Shown piece after piece: positions 32,404 to 43,902 of a stretch of DNA of 64,000 nucleotides. The notes below the pieces were generated by a model. That model was given only the letters and a program-made list of their open reading frames with translations, had not been told where the DNA came from and did no database searches. Each line of letters starts with the position of its first letter. The first letter of the stretch is position 1. This DNA comes from an uncultured Planctomycetaceae bacterium (GTDB lineage Bacteria > Planctomycetota > Planctomycetia > Planctomycetales > Planctomycetaceae): the NCBI GenBank assembly GCA_963813715.1, contig CAWFAK010000017.1:608001-672000 (forward strand), given 5' to 3'. The position numbers and the translations under genes were made by a program.

Positions 32404-34917
32404 CTACTTGCCAGCCGCCTGGTTGACGGGCATCTCGAAGCTGTCGGAAGTCGTGGGGGCGCCCGCCGGCATCTCTTCGCTCGGCGGTACGACGCGCGGC
32501 ACCGCGGCGCGATTGACCTGCGGCATACTCCAGGCGTCCGGCTGCACCGGTGTGGCCGGCGTAACAAAGTTCGACGTCGGCGTGGGAGCGGGAGCCTCGA
32601 AAAATGCGGGAGCAGCTGCAGCCGCCGCGATTCGGTTCTTGGAGTCGCCCGAACGGCCCGCGGCGCCATCGCCTAATTCCGGTGAGAAGAACGAGGCTGG
32701 CACGACTGAGCCGGAGGGCGCGAAGTACCCGTTCGCTTGTGGTGCGTTCGGGCCGAGACCGATGGCCGACTGCGGCCCCAGGCTCGACAGGTTTTGCGGG
32801 CTGGCCGACGCACTGTGCGACGGCACCGGGACGGGTGTCGGGATCGGTTTTGGTGCCGGCGTGTTAGTCGGGCCCGGCGGACTCACTGACGGGCTGGTCG
32901 CGGGCGTCGTCGGGCCGGTACTTTGTGGCACCGTCGATCCCAACCCGAACGGCAGCAGGCTTGCCGGCACACTCGGCAGCGAGCTCGTCGGCTGGCCGGG
33001 CGGCACCACGAACTCCGCAGGCTCGGTGTGCGTGAACGGATTGGGCACTCCGTGACTGCGGGCCCACGCTTCACGCAGCGCGTCCGAGTAGGCCTTCGGG
33101 CCTTCCCAGAGGCTTTCGGCGACGGTGATGTTGCTTTCCTCGAGGATGGTCCCCGTGCGGTAGTAGAAGTCGGTGATCGCCTGGTTGTACTGAATGATCG
33201 CCTGATCGTAGGAAACCTCGGCCTGCACGAGGCTTTGCTGGGCTCGCAACAGCGGATCGGCCGTAGTGCCGCGCAGCTCGTATTGGGCCTTGTAGGCCTG
33301 CACGCGCTCAGCGGCCGCGATGCGGCGATTGAGGGCCGATTGGGCGACCGCGTACGAGCGGTCCAGCACTTGAAATGCGTTGCGAATTTCGTGGCTGATG
33401 TCGAGTTCCTGGGCCGCCAGAGCCGTACGGGCCCGGGTCAGCCGCAGCTCGAAGTTCCGCTCCTGCGAGTGAGCATTGCGGAAGCCGATCGGGATCGAAG
33501 CTTCGAAACCGATGTCCCAGCCCGTTTGACCGGCTTCGACCAGCGAAGCGAAGGCGCTCGAGCCGGGCTGGTTGAGTGTCGATTGCTGGCTGATCAGCCG
33601 ATCGCCGAAAGCATTGATCTGCGCACCGGCGACCAGGTCGAACCGTGGCATGAGCAGGCTCTTCGAGGCGTCCAGCTGCATCTCGATGCTCTTGATGTTC
33701 CACTTCTGCCGGCGAATTTCCGGACGCCGGGTAACGCCTTCGGCGACGGCGATGTGCCAGTCGGGTACGAATTCGGCGACGGATGGCTCGTCACAAGGAC
33801 GAATGATTCGGCCATCGTTCACGGTCAATCCCAGCAGGCGGCGGAACTGCCCCTCGGTCGTGTAGAGGTTGGAGAGCGACTGCTCGGCCTGGGCCTTGGC
33901 GTCGAAGTAGTTTTCGCGGGCCTGCGATTCGTCGGGCGTTGTGCCGCCAGTGAGCCCCTTAAGGCGCTTTGCGTCGATCTGTTCCCACGTCTTGAGCGCG
34001 CTCTTCCAGTAGATCACCTGCGCATGATACGTCTGGTAGGCCAGCGACAGGTCCCAGTAGCTGCTCTGCACGTCGCGGATCAGCTGCTGCACGGAGCCCT
34101 CGAAGTCGGCAATGGCAATGTCGCTGTTGATCCGCGCAATGACCACGCCTTGCCCCACGCCGGCCGGGTTTTTGCCGATCGGGCCGGCAATGCGGGTGTA
34201 GTCGGTGCCGCCACCGGCCAACAACGGGCGGCGGAACTCGGCCCGCACAAAGCCGGTATAGACTTGCGGGAGCAGGTTGCCGACGACGTTGTTCTGCGTG
34301 TAGTCCCATTCGTTGATGAACGAGAGCTGACTCGAGTCGGCGAACGTCTTATCGAGCCGCGTGCGAAACTGAGCCGTGTCTTGGATCAAGGTCGGCAGCC
34401 CGTTGATCGTCGGCACGCCCGACAGGCCGGCGTTGTTTTCGGCCATCGTGTTGTCGTTGAACGTCAGGTTGGACGAGAGCGTGGCATCGAAATCGGAGAG
34501 GGCTGCTTCCACGCCCCTCTGTCCGAAGAGGATGCCCGTTTCCTGCACGGCCGGATCGAAGACCGAGGGGATCTGCTCGGGGTTCGTGACGAGCGGGTTC
34601 CGCGGCAGCACGAACTGGTCGCGCGTGCGGATGATCTTGTTGTTCATGAGCGCAATGCGCATCGCCTGCCCCAGCGACATGTCCCACAATTGGTCCTTGC
34701 GGGGATGCCGTAGCAATGGCGGCTCGAGTGAGGCGAGGGCACCCGGATTGTCGGGGCCCGTTTTGCTCGGGTAGTCGATCTTGGTCGACAGCCCCTTGTA
34801 ATACTCCAGGTCCGCATGGCCGAAATACGTCAGCGGCTTGGGCGAGGCGGAGCATCCCCCTAAGACGGCAATCAAAATTGCCGCCATCCGAGGCAGTGCT
34901 CTGCGAAGAGACCACAT
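32404..34917 (-). CDS. TolC-family outer-membrane efflux lipoprotein with long Pro/Ser-rich C-terminal tail
   Basis: Lipobox LGGC; VEAALSDFD; VQSSYWDL; RRPEIRRQ; IPIGFR; LLRAQQSLVQAE; start may be 34888-34953. Confidence 0.85.
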   Translation of the reverse strand: MWSLRRALPRMAAILIAVLGGCSASPKPLTYFGHADLEYYKGLSTKIDYPSKTGPDNPGALASLEPPLLRHPRKDQLWDMSLGQAMRIALMNNKIIRTRDQFVLPRNPLVTNPEQIPSVFDPAVQETGILFGQRGVEAALSDFDATLSSNLTFNDNTMAENNAGLSGVPTINGLPTLIQDTAQFRTRLDKTFADSSQLSFINEWDYTQNNVVGNLLPQVYTGFVRAEFRRPLLAGGGTDYTRIAGPIGKNPAGVGQGVVIARINSDIAIADFEGSVQQLIRDVQSSYWDLSLAYQTYHAQVIYWKSALKTWEQIDAKRLKGLTGGTTPDESQARENYFDAKAQAEQSLSNLYTTEGQFRRLLGLTVNDGRIIRPCDEPSVAEFVPDWHIAVAEGVTRRPEIRRQKWNIKSIEMQLDASKSLLMPRFDLVAGAQINAFGDRLISQQSTLNQPGSSAFASLVEAGQTGWDIGFEASIPIGFRNAHSQERNFELRLTRARTALAAQELDISHEIRNAFQVLDRSYAVAQSALNRRIAAAERVQAYKAQYELRGTTADPLLRAQQSLVQAEVSYDQAIIQYNQAITDFYYRTGTILEESNITVAESLWEGPKAYSDALREAWARSHGVPNPFTHTEPAEFVVPPGQPTSSLPSVPASLLPFGLGSTVPQSTGPTTPATSPSVSPPGPTNTPAPKPIPTPVPVPSHSASASPQNLSSLGPQSAIGLGPNAPQANGYFAPSGSVVPASFFSPELGDGAAGRSGDSKNRIAAAAAAPAFFEAPAPTPTSNFVTPATPVQPDAWSMPQVNRAAVPRVVPPSEEMPAGAPTTSDSFEMPVNQAAGK

Positions 34918-35468
34918 CGCTGAGGGTGTCCTGCACCTTGGCCGGGGCCGCAATGCATCAGCCGAAGCTGAGATCAGATTGGAAGTTGAGGCGTGAAAAC
35001 GAACGAGGCGAGCGGAGGCGAGCGGACGGGAACGGTCGGTTCGGAGAGGTCGATTAGTCGGGGAGACAGGTTGGCGAGTGAGGCTAGGTAGGATGCGAAT
35101 CGACAGGTAGACTTTGGACGGATCCCAGGCCGGGATGTCGCTATCTTCGTTATCGTCCAGCTAATCAGAAAACTTTGAGCAAACTCCAGGAATTCACAAA
35201 ACCGCCTCAGAACTTGTTTCAAGATGGGATGACTGGGATGGACGGGTCATTCCAGCACCATGGCCAGCGGTATGTATGGAAATCCCTTTTCAGAGTGAAT
35301 CCGGCGGCAAAGATTAGGAGAATCGGGCTGAAATCTCAGACCCCGGCCGCTGCTCCGATGTGCAGGCTCGCATTCGACTTTTGCACGTCGGCCTGCCTAT
35401 CATTTGGAGCCCGTGGGTTGGGCCGCTTCCTCGCCGTACATCCCCGTTGACGAAACTTCAGAGCACAA

Positions 35469-36488
35469 ATGCCGACGATCGATCATTCGAGTTCGGAACC
35501 CTTGTATCTGGGCATCGACGTCGGCGGGACGAACATCAAGGCGGGCATCGTCACGGGCGACGGAAAGCCAGTGGCGAAGGCCAGCTTGCCCACGCACGCC
35601 GAACGGGGCATCGAACACGGACTGGGCGTGATTTATGCGACGGCCGAAGCGGTGCTCGCGAGCGCGGGTCTCACGCTTGAGCAGATCCAGGCCGTCGGGC
35701 TTGCAACGCCAGGAACGATGGACATTCCGGGCGGCTGGCTGCTCGAACCGCCGAACCTCCCCGGCTGGTGGCACGTGCCGATTCGCGACAAGGTCGGGGC
35801 ACATTTTCAAAAGCCGACCGTTCTGCAGAACGACGCCAACGCGGCCGCGTACGGCGAATTCTGGGTCGGGGCCGCCCGCGACGCGCACAGCCTGGTCTTT
35901 TGGACGCTGGGCACCGGGATCGGCTGCGGGATTATTGTCGATCACGTGATCATTGAAGGCGAACACTCGCACGGTTCCGAGTGTGGCCACATCATCATCG
36001 ACATGGACAGCTCGCGCAAATCGGCCGCCGGCCAGAACGGCACGCTCGAGGCGTTCTGCGGCGCCAGGGCGGTGGTGCAGCGCTGCGAGGAAGCGCTCGC
36101 TTCAGGCCGCGATTCGGTGCTGCACGCGAGGATCAAAAACGGCGAGGAACTGACTCCGCTATTGATCGCCGAGGCGGCCGAGGCCGGCGACCGTGTGGCA
36201 GACGGCGTGGTGATGGATACGGCCCGCTATCTCGGGATCGGCACCACCACGCTGATGCACACAATCAATCCGTCCATGTTTCTGTTCGGTGGCGCGATGA
36301 CCTTCGGCCGCAATGACTCGCCGCTTGGCCGCCGCTTTCTGCAGGCGATCAAGGACGAAGTCAAAAAGCGGGCGTTTCACGTCCCGTACGAGCGGACGAT
36401 CATTGATTTCGCCACCCTTGGGGGAGACGCCGGTTACATCGGCGCGGCCGGCTGTGCGCGGCTCAAGTTCCCGCCCGCCTCGCCTTAA
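35469..36488 (+). CDS. ROK family sugar kinase (glucokinase-like)
   Basis: GIDVGGTNIK; NDANAAAYGE; TLGTGIGCG; SECGH; GTLEA; LGGDAGYIGAA. Confidence 0.93.
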   Translation: MPTIDHSSSEPLYLGIDVGGTNIKAGIVTGDGKPVAKASLPTHAERGIEHGLGVIYATAEAVLASAGLTLEQIQAVGLATPGTMDIPGGWLLEPPNLPGWWHVPIRDKVGAHFQKPTVLQNDANAAAYGEFWVGAARDAHSLVFWTLGTGIGCGIIVDHVIIEGEHSHGSECGHIIIDMDSSRKSAAGQNGTLEAFCGARAVVQRCEEALASGRDSVLHARIKNGEELTPLLIAEAAEAGDRVADGVVMDTARYLGIGTTTLMHTINPSMFLFGGAMTFGRNDSPLGRRFLQAIKDEVKKRAFHVPYERTIIDFATLGGDAGYIGAAGCARLKFPPASP

Positions 36489-36557
36489 GCCTGAGCTTCA
36501 GCCGGCGCGGCTACCCAGATTAGCATCGGTGGGGGGCCGAGTGGCGGGCTCTCTCTG

Positions 36558-37466
36558 CTAAAAAGAGAGCGGTTTTGACTCGGCCGGCCAGCGGCTTTGT
36601 TCGGCAGCGAGATCCTGGGACGTGCCCGCGCCGACCCGAGCCAACAGCAGAATCCCAATCAGGATGCCGCCGAAACCCGAAAGACGGGCCGCAAACGGAA
36701 AACTCTCTTGCGGGAAGCTTTCGCCCAAGCAGACAAGGCCGCCCGCAACGACTAACACCTGGTTTGTCACCAGGTTGACCGCTGTCACGATTAGCGCCCG
36801 GCCAAACCGCAGCCCCAGTTGCAAAGCGACGAGCCCGCCTACCAACCCGATAGCCATCAAACAACCAGCGGCGATTGCCAAGAGCAGGTTCCGGTCTTGG
36901 ATGGCCAAAGCCAAGGCCTTTGTGTTGAGATAGCCCGTGCCAAACAGCAAACCGGAAAGAATCCCCAAGAGCAGCTCGGCACGGCCGGGAATTCGCAGTG
37001 CCGCCCACGACACGGTGATCACGAAGGCAACGACAACCGCAAAAAAGGCCAAGTAGCGTCCCGTCTCAATGCCGGTCGAGGCTAGCTGTGAACCACGCGC
37101 ACTTAGTCCCAGCGAGATCACACCCGCCAACAAAATGCCGACACCCACCCATTCCGACAGATCGAACCGCTCGTTCAAGTAGAAGACGGCAAGCAGCGCC
37201 ACGACGAGCAATCCGGAAGCCGACAGTGGCTGCAACAGGGAGATCGGGGCGACGCGCGCACTAACGGCAACCGCGTAGACCCCATAGCCGGCGATCATCA
37301 ACGCCATCCCGCAGTACCAGATTGGCGTGTGCCGGCTGAGACGGGTCGAGCCCGGTCGGCCGAGCCAGGCATCGCGCGGTACGATCCCCCTTTTTTGCAA
37401 AACCAGCCCCAAATTCATACAGGCGCTGGCGCTGACCGTGAGGGCGATGGCGGCCCAAACCGACAT
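36558..37466 (-). CDS. DMT superfamily transporter (NIPA/EamA-like)
   Basis: NLGLVLQKRG; APISLLQPL; LNERF; about nine TM helices. Confidence 0.8.
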   Translation of the reverse strand: MSVWAAIALTVSASACMNLGLVLQKRGIVPRDAWLGRPGSTRLSRHTPIWYCGMALMIAGYGVYAVAVSARVAPISLLQPLSASGLLVVALLAVFYLNERFDLSEWVGVGILLAGVISLGLSARGSQLASTGIETGRYLAFFAVVVAFVITVSWAALRIPGRAELLLGILSGLLFGTGYLNTKALALAIQDRNLLLAIAAGCLMAIGLVGGLVALQLGLRFGRALIVTAVNLVTNQVLVVAGGLVCLGESFPQESFPFAARLSGFGGILIGILLLARVGAGTSQDLAAEQSRWPAESKPLSF

Positions 37467-38021
37467 GGTCGAGGGTTTCCGGTTGCAAATCTGGGAGGTG
37501 CGAACCCGCGGTCAGGCCGCCGGATTGCTGTCGATGTCTACGGGACGGCCTATTCCCAATGTATCACGGGCGTCGCCCCTACGCTCGACGCCAACCGACC
37601 TTGCGTCGAGCGGTTCTCGCGAGCCCACGGTACGAGCGTGCGAACTGCATCCGCCCGTATAAATGGGCATTCGTTCCACCCGGCAGCGGTGGCGCCACCC
37701 GCACGAAATGCTGGATCGCAATTTGCGGTAGCAATCGGTCCCGCTCGCCATGATCTGTTCGTTTTGCCAGGTGCCGGAACGCGGCAGAGGTCTACCATTC
37801 CCGACTGAGCTAGATTTTCCGAACCCCTCGGAAAGGCACGGTTCGCTCCCCGGCGAAAGTTCGTTTCGCTGCACAGTTTTGGATCGAAGATCGGCCGATA
37901 AAAGGAGCCCCGGTTTCGTGCGATGACGGCTTGCCGCGTTCGTCCACGGAAAGGGTCGTGACTCCTTTATCAGCCAGGCGAACTGCTTCAACCAGGATCC
38001 GACATCTCTAGACGTCAACTC

Positions 38022-39401
38022 ATGGTCAGCCGCGGGAAGACAGCTATCCGACTTTTCCAATCGCCTGGCCGTTCGCTCAGCGCCGTATCTCACGTGACGG
38101 CTGCGGGAGTGGTGCGGGCGGTGTTGGCGGCGCTGTGTCTTGTCGGATTGGTCACTGCGACCGCGTTCGATGTTCGCGCGGGTGAGCCGGCTGTTGCTGC
38201 CGCCGCGACCTCCGAAGCCGCTCCGCCGGACTCGTCGGGCGGCCCGCAGCTGCTGCCTCCAGAAGCAGTGGACAGTCCCCCTTCGCCGGCTGCGCCGAGC
38301 GTGCCTTCCAGTCCGGCACCCGCTCCGGCCGCAACCCCCGACGCGAATGCTGCTCCGATTTCGAGTGGGGCGATGCGCCTCCAAACGCCTCCCGCGCCGA
38401 CGCCCGATCTCACGGGGCCGCCCCCGGTGGTCAGTGCTGTTCCGTGCGAAGACGAATATTGGATCGCCAGCAGCTGGCGGTGTCGGCAAATGGCACCGCA
38501 TGGCTGTGCCTGCGGCGACCTGGATTTCTATCACGTTGGCGGCGGCACCGGGACGCAGCTGCTCAATCGTGCGGCATTCGCTGCCTCGCTCACTCCGGGC
38601 GTACCCGTGTGCATTGTCGTTCACGGCAGCTTCACCAACTGGAGGAGCCTCTGCGATGATTGCGCGCCGGTCCTCCGTTGGATTCGTAGCGGGGCTCCGC
38701 AGCGGCCGTTGCACGTGCTCTTCTATACCTGGCCCAGCGAAGGGGGCATCACTTACGAGCCGCACATCGACGTTGGCATCCTGGGAGCGCGTGCGAGCTT
38801 TAACAGCATCTATCTCGCCGAACTGGTCGCGCGGATCCCGCCCGGTCATCCGGTTTGCTTGGTGGGGCACAGCCATGGAGCACGGCTGGTGGCGGCCGCA
38901 TTGCACGTGCTGGGCGGCGGCGAAGTCGACAACGTCCGGTTGACCTGGCCGGCACCGCCCGATCTGCGCATTCGCGGTGTGCTCGTGGCCGGAGCGCTCG
39001 ACCATCATTGGCTCGATCCTGGGAAGCGGTTTGAGATGGCCCTCTGCCGCACCGAGTGCCTGTTGATCCTCCGCAACGATCACGACATCGTGCTCACGTT
39101 TTATCCGTTGCGAAAGCCGTTCTCGAAGCGGGCGATCGGAGAACGAGGCCTCAGTAACCGCGATCTGTGTCGGCTTGGTCCGCTGGCCTCGAAGGTCGCC
39201 GTGCTCGACGTTACGCGACTCGTAGAGAGCGGCCACATGTGGCAGCACTACTACAACTGTCCGCAGATCGCCGGGGCCGTCGCGCCGTACGTCTACTATT
39301 TGGACGGCGGACAGCCAACGATGGTCATGCCCCCTTCGCCCGGCGTTCCCCTCGCTCCCGCAGTCAGCGAATCGCCGTCGCTCGAGCGCGCGGCCAACTG
39401 A
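38022..39401 (+). CDS. Exported alpha/beta hydrolase (DUF900-like) with Pro-rich linker
   Basis: Signal-like segment; IVVHGSF; YTWPS; nucleophile elbow VGHSHGAR; NDHDIVL; GHMW; start uncertain. Confidence 0.75.
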   Translation: MVSRGKTAIRLFQSPGRSLSAVSHVTAAGVVRAVLAALCLVGLVTATAFDVRAGEPAVAAAATSEAAPPDSSGGPQLLPPEAVDSPPSPAAPSVPSSPAPAPAATPDANAAPISSGAMRLQTPPAPTPDLTGPPPVVSAVPCEDEYWIASSWRCRQMAPHGCACGDLDFYHVGGGTGTQLLNRAAFAASLTPGVPVCIVVHGSFTNWRSLCDDCAPVLRWIRSGAPQRPLHVLFYTWPSEGGITYEPHIDVGILGARASFNSIYLAELVARIPPGHPVCLVGHSHGARLVAAALHVLGGGEVDNVRLTWPAPPDLRIRGVLVAGALDHHWLDPGKRFEMALCRTECLLILRNDHDIVLTFYPLRKPFSKRAIGERGLSNRDLCRLGPLASKVAVLDVTRLVESGHMWQHYYNCPQIAGAVAPYVYYLDGGQPTMVMPPSPGVPLAPAVSESPSLERAAN

Positions 39402-39590
39402 GCGCAGAATCGCGTTGGCGAACGCTTGCTGACCCTCGCGATTCCTTGCCGCGACGACGCTGCGAACTGACCGTCGCCGGTTTCTGGACAGGCCCCCGGG
39501 CATCTGCGACAGTAGAGACGGCAGACCGCTATGCGGCGTGCCCTCGCCTGACGTCGTCCTCCCCCGCCCAACCGTCCTCTCGTACCACAC

Positions 39591-41332
39591 GTGAATCCGG
39601 TCATGTTTGTCCGATGCGGCCTGATGCAGTACTTGCTCGTGGCCATCACGGCCGGTGCCCTCGGACTGATTCACTCTCCGGGACAACGAATCGAGGCGGC
39701 CGGTCCCATCAATCCCCACGCGCGAAAGACATCCGCACGCGGCAGCACGGGATTGCCCAACGTCGAGTTGACGCCGATCAAGCTGCCGGCGGCGCCGCCC
39801 GATTCCAAGCTCACGAATCCGATCGACGTGCTGCTGGCCGCGCATCTTCGCTCGGAAAAGGTTGACCTGATCCACGTCGTTCCGGATCGCGTTTTCGCTC
39901 GTCGCGTCTTTCTCGACCTGATCGGCCTGTTGCCCACCCCGGCCGACCTCGATGCGTTCGTCCGTAATCCGGCGGCCGACAAGCGATCCGCGCTCGTGCG
40001 ACAACTGCTCGCCCGCCGCGAGGACTACGCCGTCCACTGGCTAGCGTTTTGGAACGACCTGCTCCGAAACGAGTATCGCGGGACGGGTTTCATCGACGAC
40101 GGCCGTCGGCAAATCACCGGCTGGCTGTTTCGTTCCCTGTACGAAAATCGGCCGTACAACCGTTTCGTGCACGAGCTGATCAGCCCGGTCAACGGCTCCG
40201 AAGGATTCGTGAAGGGAATCGAGTGGCGGGGCGTCGTCAACGCCAGCCAGCGGCGCGAGCTGCAGGCCGCCCAGACAACGGCGCAGGTGTTTCTCGGCAC
40301 CAACCTCAAGTGCGCGAGTTGCCACGACAGCTTCACGAACCAGTGGTTGCTGTCCGATTCGCACGGGCTGGCCGCCGTCTTTGCGAATGGCCCGCTCGAC
40401 GTTTATCGATGCGATAAGGCGACCGGCGATCAAGCCCGCGCGAGCTTTCTGTTTCCCGAAATCGGCGCGATCGATGCCGACGCTCCGCGCGAGAAGCGGA
40501 TGCGGCAGCTGGCCGACCTCATCACCGATCCGCGTGACGGCCGGCTGGCAAAAACCGTGGTCAACCGTTATTGGGCCCGGCTGTTTGGCCGCGGTCTGGT
40601 CGAGCCGCTCGACAACATGGACCAGGATGCGTGGGATCCCGATCTGCTCGGCTGGCTCGCCAGCGACCTGGTGCACCACGACTACGATCTCAAGCACCTG
40701 CTCGAAGTGATCTGCACTTCGCAGACTGTACCAGCTGCCGGCGCAGGGCGAGCCCAAGCCGAACGAGCCGGTCGGCCCGTTTCGTGGGCCGATCAGCCGG
40801 CGAATGACTGCCGAGCAGTTTTTGGATGCCGCGGCCGAAGTCACTGGCGTGTGGCCCAAGCCGAGCCGCGACTTGCTCCGAGTCGACGGCCGCGGACAAG
40901 GCGGGCAACTCGGCGCCGTGCAGAAAGTATTGGCCGACGATACTTCGCGACACGACTCGGCCGCACCGGAAAAGGTCCGAGCCGCGTTGTTGATGGACGG
41001 CGCATTGTCGCGGGCGCTGGGCCGTCCGAATCGCGAGCAGGTGGTCACCCGCCGTGATTCGCTGGCGACGATGCTGCAGGCGCTCGAACTGACCAACGGC
41101 ACCAGCCTCGACGCGATTCTCAAGTCCGCCGGCGAGCGCTGGGTCGCTCGTCAAGCCGGCCGAGCCTCGAGCGATTGTCGCGCGCGTCTACCGCGTGGCC
41201 CTCGGCCGCGAACCGACGCCGGCCGAAAGCCAAACGGCGACGGACATCGTGGGCACGCCCGCGTCGCCTCAAGGAACGGCCGATTTTTTGTGGATGGTGG
41301 TGATGCTGCCGGAGTTTCAGTTAATCGATTGA
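39591..41332 (+). CDS. Planctomycete DUF1549/DUF1553 (PSCyt2/PSD1) protein (frameshifts ~40730, ~41160)
   Basis: NPIDVLL; FARRVFLDLIGLLPT; FWNDLLR; QVFLGTNLKCASCHD; VNRYWARLFGRGLVEP; MTAEQFLDA; LQALELTNG; end DFLWMVVMLPEFQLID. Confidence 0.88.
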
Positions 41333-41390
41333 TCGATTGCAAACAATGGCAATTGATCGAACGGGCAATGATCGACAAGACAGGAAACGC

Positions 41391-42843
41391 ATGACCCTCG
41401 ACACTCGCTCCAATCGTCGCGAATTCCTGGCGACTGCCGGCGCGGCCGCACTCGGCTCTCTCGTCGTCCCCCGCGCCTGTCGGCCAAGCCGGCCGCAGGG
41501 ACGCATAAAGGCGAAAAGCCCGAAGAAAAGATCGTCCCCACCGCCGACGCCGTCGTTGTCCTCTGGATGGCCGGCGGGATGGCACACACAGAGACATTTG
41601 ACCCCAAGCGGTATACGCCATTTGAGAGGGGGCTCGAGTCCAACGCCGTGCTTGAGCACGTTCCCCTCGATTCCGACGGCAATCGACGGCGTGCATATCT
41701 CCAAGGGGCTCGAACAGATTGCGTCTGTGCTCGACCGGGGGACGCTGATTCGCACGCACGTCGCGGCCGACCTCGGCAAGATTCTGCATTCGCGGCACCA
41801 GTACCACTGGCACACCGGCTATGAGCCGCCGCAGACGGTGGCCGCCCCGCACATCGGCGCCTGGATTGCCCAAGCGAAGGGTCCGCAAAACCCGGCGCTC
41901 CCGGCCTTCATCGACATCGGCCAGCGTTACGACGGCAACGGCGAGGCGGAAGAACTCAAGGCTTTTCAGACGGGGGGCTGCCTCGGCGCCCAGTACGGCC
42001 CGTTTCGTGTGCCCGATCCCGAGCAGGCGGTGCTCACCGTGCGTCCGCCGGCCGGCATGAGCCAAAAGCGGTTCCGCCGCCGCTTCGAGGCGTACAAAAA
42101 GTTGATCGAAGAAAGCCCCGTCGCCCGCTCGAGCGATTTTCAGCGCGAGTCGCTGCTCGAATCGCTGGCAAGCGCCCACCGCCTGATGAACGCGCCGGCC
42201 GCCAAGGCCTTCGACCTGTCGCTGGAGCCTGAGAAGTCGCGCAAGCTCTACGATACGGGGCGGTTTGGCCTGGGCTGTTTGCTTGCCCGCCGGCTGGTCG
42301 AGGAGGGGGCGCGATTCATCGAGGTGTCGACCGAATACGTTCCGTTCCTGGGCTGGGACACGCACGACAACGGCCACACGCGGACGGCCGACTCTCAAGC
42401 AGATGATCGACGCGCCGATTGCCCAGTTGGTCCGCGATCTCGAATCCCGCGGGATGCTCGATCGCACGTTGATCGTGCTGGCCAGCGAGTTCAGCCGCGA
42501 CGTGATGATGGAAGGCAAGCCCGACAAGCCCGTTCCCGACCAGGTCGCCCAGCCCGACAAGATGACCGAGCTCAAGCACTACGGCATGCACCGTCACTTC
42601 ACCGGAGCGGGGTCCGTGCTGCTCTTCGGCGGCGGTGCCAAGCGAGGGTTCCTCTTTGGCAAGACGGCCGACGAACGCCCCTGCACATCGTTGACACGCA
42701 AGGTCACGGTGAGCGATCTGCACGCCACGATTTTCCGCACGGTGGGCATTTCACCGCGCTACGGCGTCGAGATCGAGGAACGGCCGTTTTACGTCACGAA
42801 AGACGGCAAAGGGCAGGCGGTGCGCGAAGTGCTGCGAAGTTAG
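41391..42843 (+). CDS. DUF1501 domain Tat-exported protein (several frameshifts)
   Basis: SNRREFL Tat motif; WMAGGMAHTETFDPK; GRFGLGCLLARRLVEEGARFIEV; WDTH; TLIVLASEFSR; DLHATI. Confidence 0.9.
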
Positions 42844-42877
42844 CTCTGGTCAATCGCACACGCTCAGGCCGCTGTGC

Positions 42878-43863
42878 TCACGCAAATCCCGACACCGCGT
42901 GCGGCATGTAGGGTTCTTCGAGCCGGCCGATTTCCTCGGTCGAGAGCTTGAGCGCGAGCGCGGCGATCGCGTCGTCCAAGTGCTGCCGCTTGGTCGCCCC
43001 GATGATCGGTGAAGTCACGTAAGGCTTGCTGAGCATCCACGCCAGTGCGATCTGCGCCGGGGTACCTTGCGGGCAGCGGCAATCTCGCCCACCCGATCGA
43101 TCACCTGCCGATCCGAATCGACCGACTTGGTATAGAGCGTCTTGCCGAACTCGTCTTTGCCGGCCCGATCGCTGGCAGATTGCTCTTCCCACGGACGGGC
43201 CAGCCGGCCGCGAGCCAGCGGGCTCCAGGGAATCACGCCGATGTGCTCGCTCGCACACAGGCCCATCATCTCCCGCTCTTCCTCGCGGTAGATCAGGTTG
43301 TAGTGGTTCTGCATCGAGATGAATCGGGTCCAGCCATTGAGATCGGCCAGATACAGGGCCTTGCAGAACTGCCAGCCGTGCATCGACGAGGCGCCGATAT
43401 AGCGTGCCTTGCCCGCTTTGACGACGTCGTGCAGGGCCTCGAGCGTTTCTTCGATCGGCGTTTCATGGTCGAAGCGATGGATCTGGTAGAGGTCGACATA
43501 GTCCATGCCCAACCGTTTGAGGCTGGCGTCCACCTCGGTAAGGATGGCTTTGCGCGACAGACCGCGACCGTTGGGCCCCGGCCGCATCCGTCCGTGGACT
43601 TTTGTCGCCACCACGATTTCCTCGCGCTTGGCGAAATCACGGAGCGCGCGGCCGGTGATTTCTTCGCACGTGCCGTCGGAGTAGACGTTGGCCGTGTCGA
43701 AGAAATTGATTCCCAGCTCGAGGGCTTTTTGGAAAAACGGCCGGCTCGCTTCTTCCGGCAACGTCCAGGGATGCGGACCCCGTTCGGGCACGCCATAGCT
43801 CATGCAGCCCAGACAGATGCGGGAAACTTTGAGGCCGGTTTTTCCCAAGCTCACGTAGTCCAT
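42878..43863 (-). CDS. Aldo/keto reductase (YajO/IolS-like; frameshift ~43065)
   Basis: LGKTGLKVSRICLGCM; FDTANVY; DYVDLYQIHR; QNHYNL; PWSPLARG; second frame AQIALAW..PIIGATK. Confidence 0.93.
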
Positions 43864-43902
43864 CGGTTACTTCCTCAGGATGAATCGCGAAGACAGGAGC
43901 GA

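Noticed and set aside
36558..37466. Horizontally acquired island around the DMT gene
   Set aside because: It looks somewhat more A/T-rich by eye, but there are no mobility genes or flanking repeats and composition was not computed
41324..41375. Short TGATCGA repeats between the DUF1553 and DUF1501 genes
   Set aside because: Too short and irregular to support a functional call
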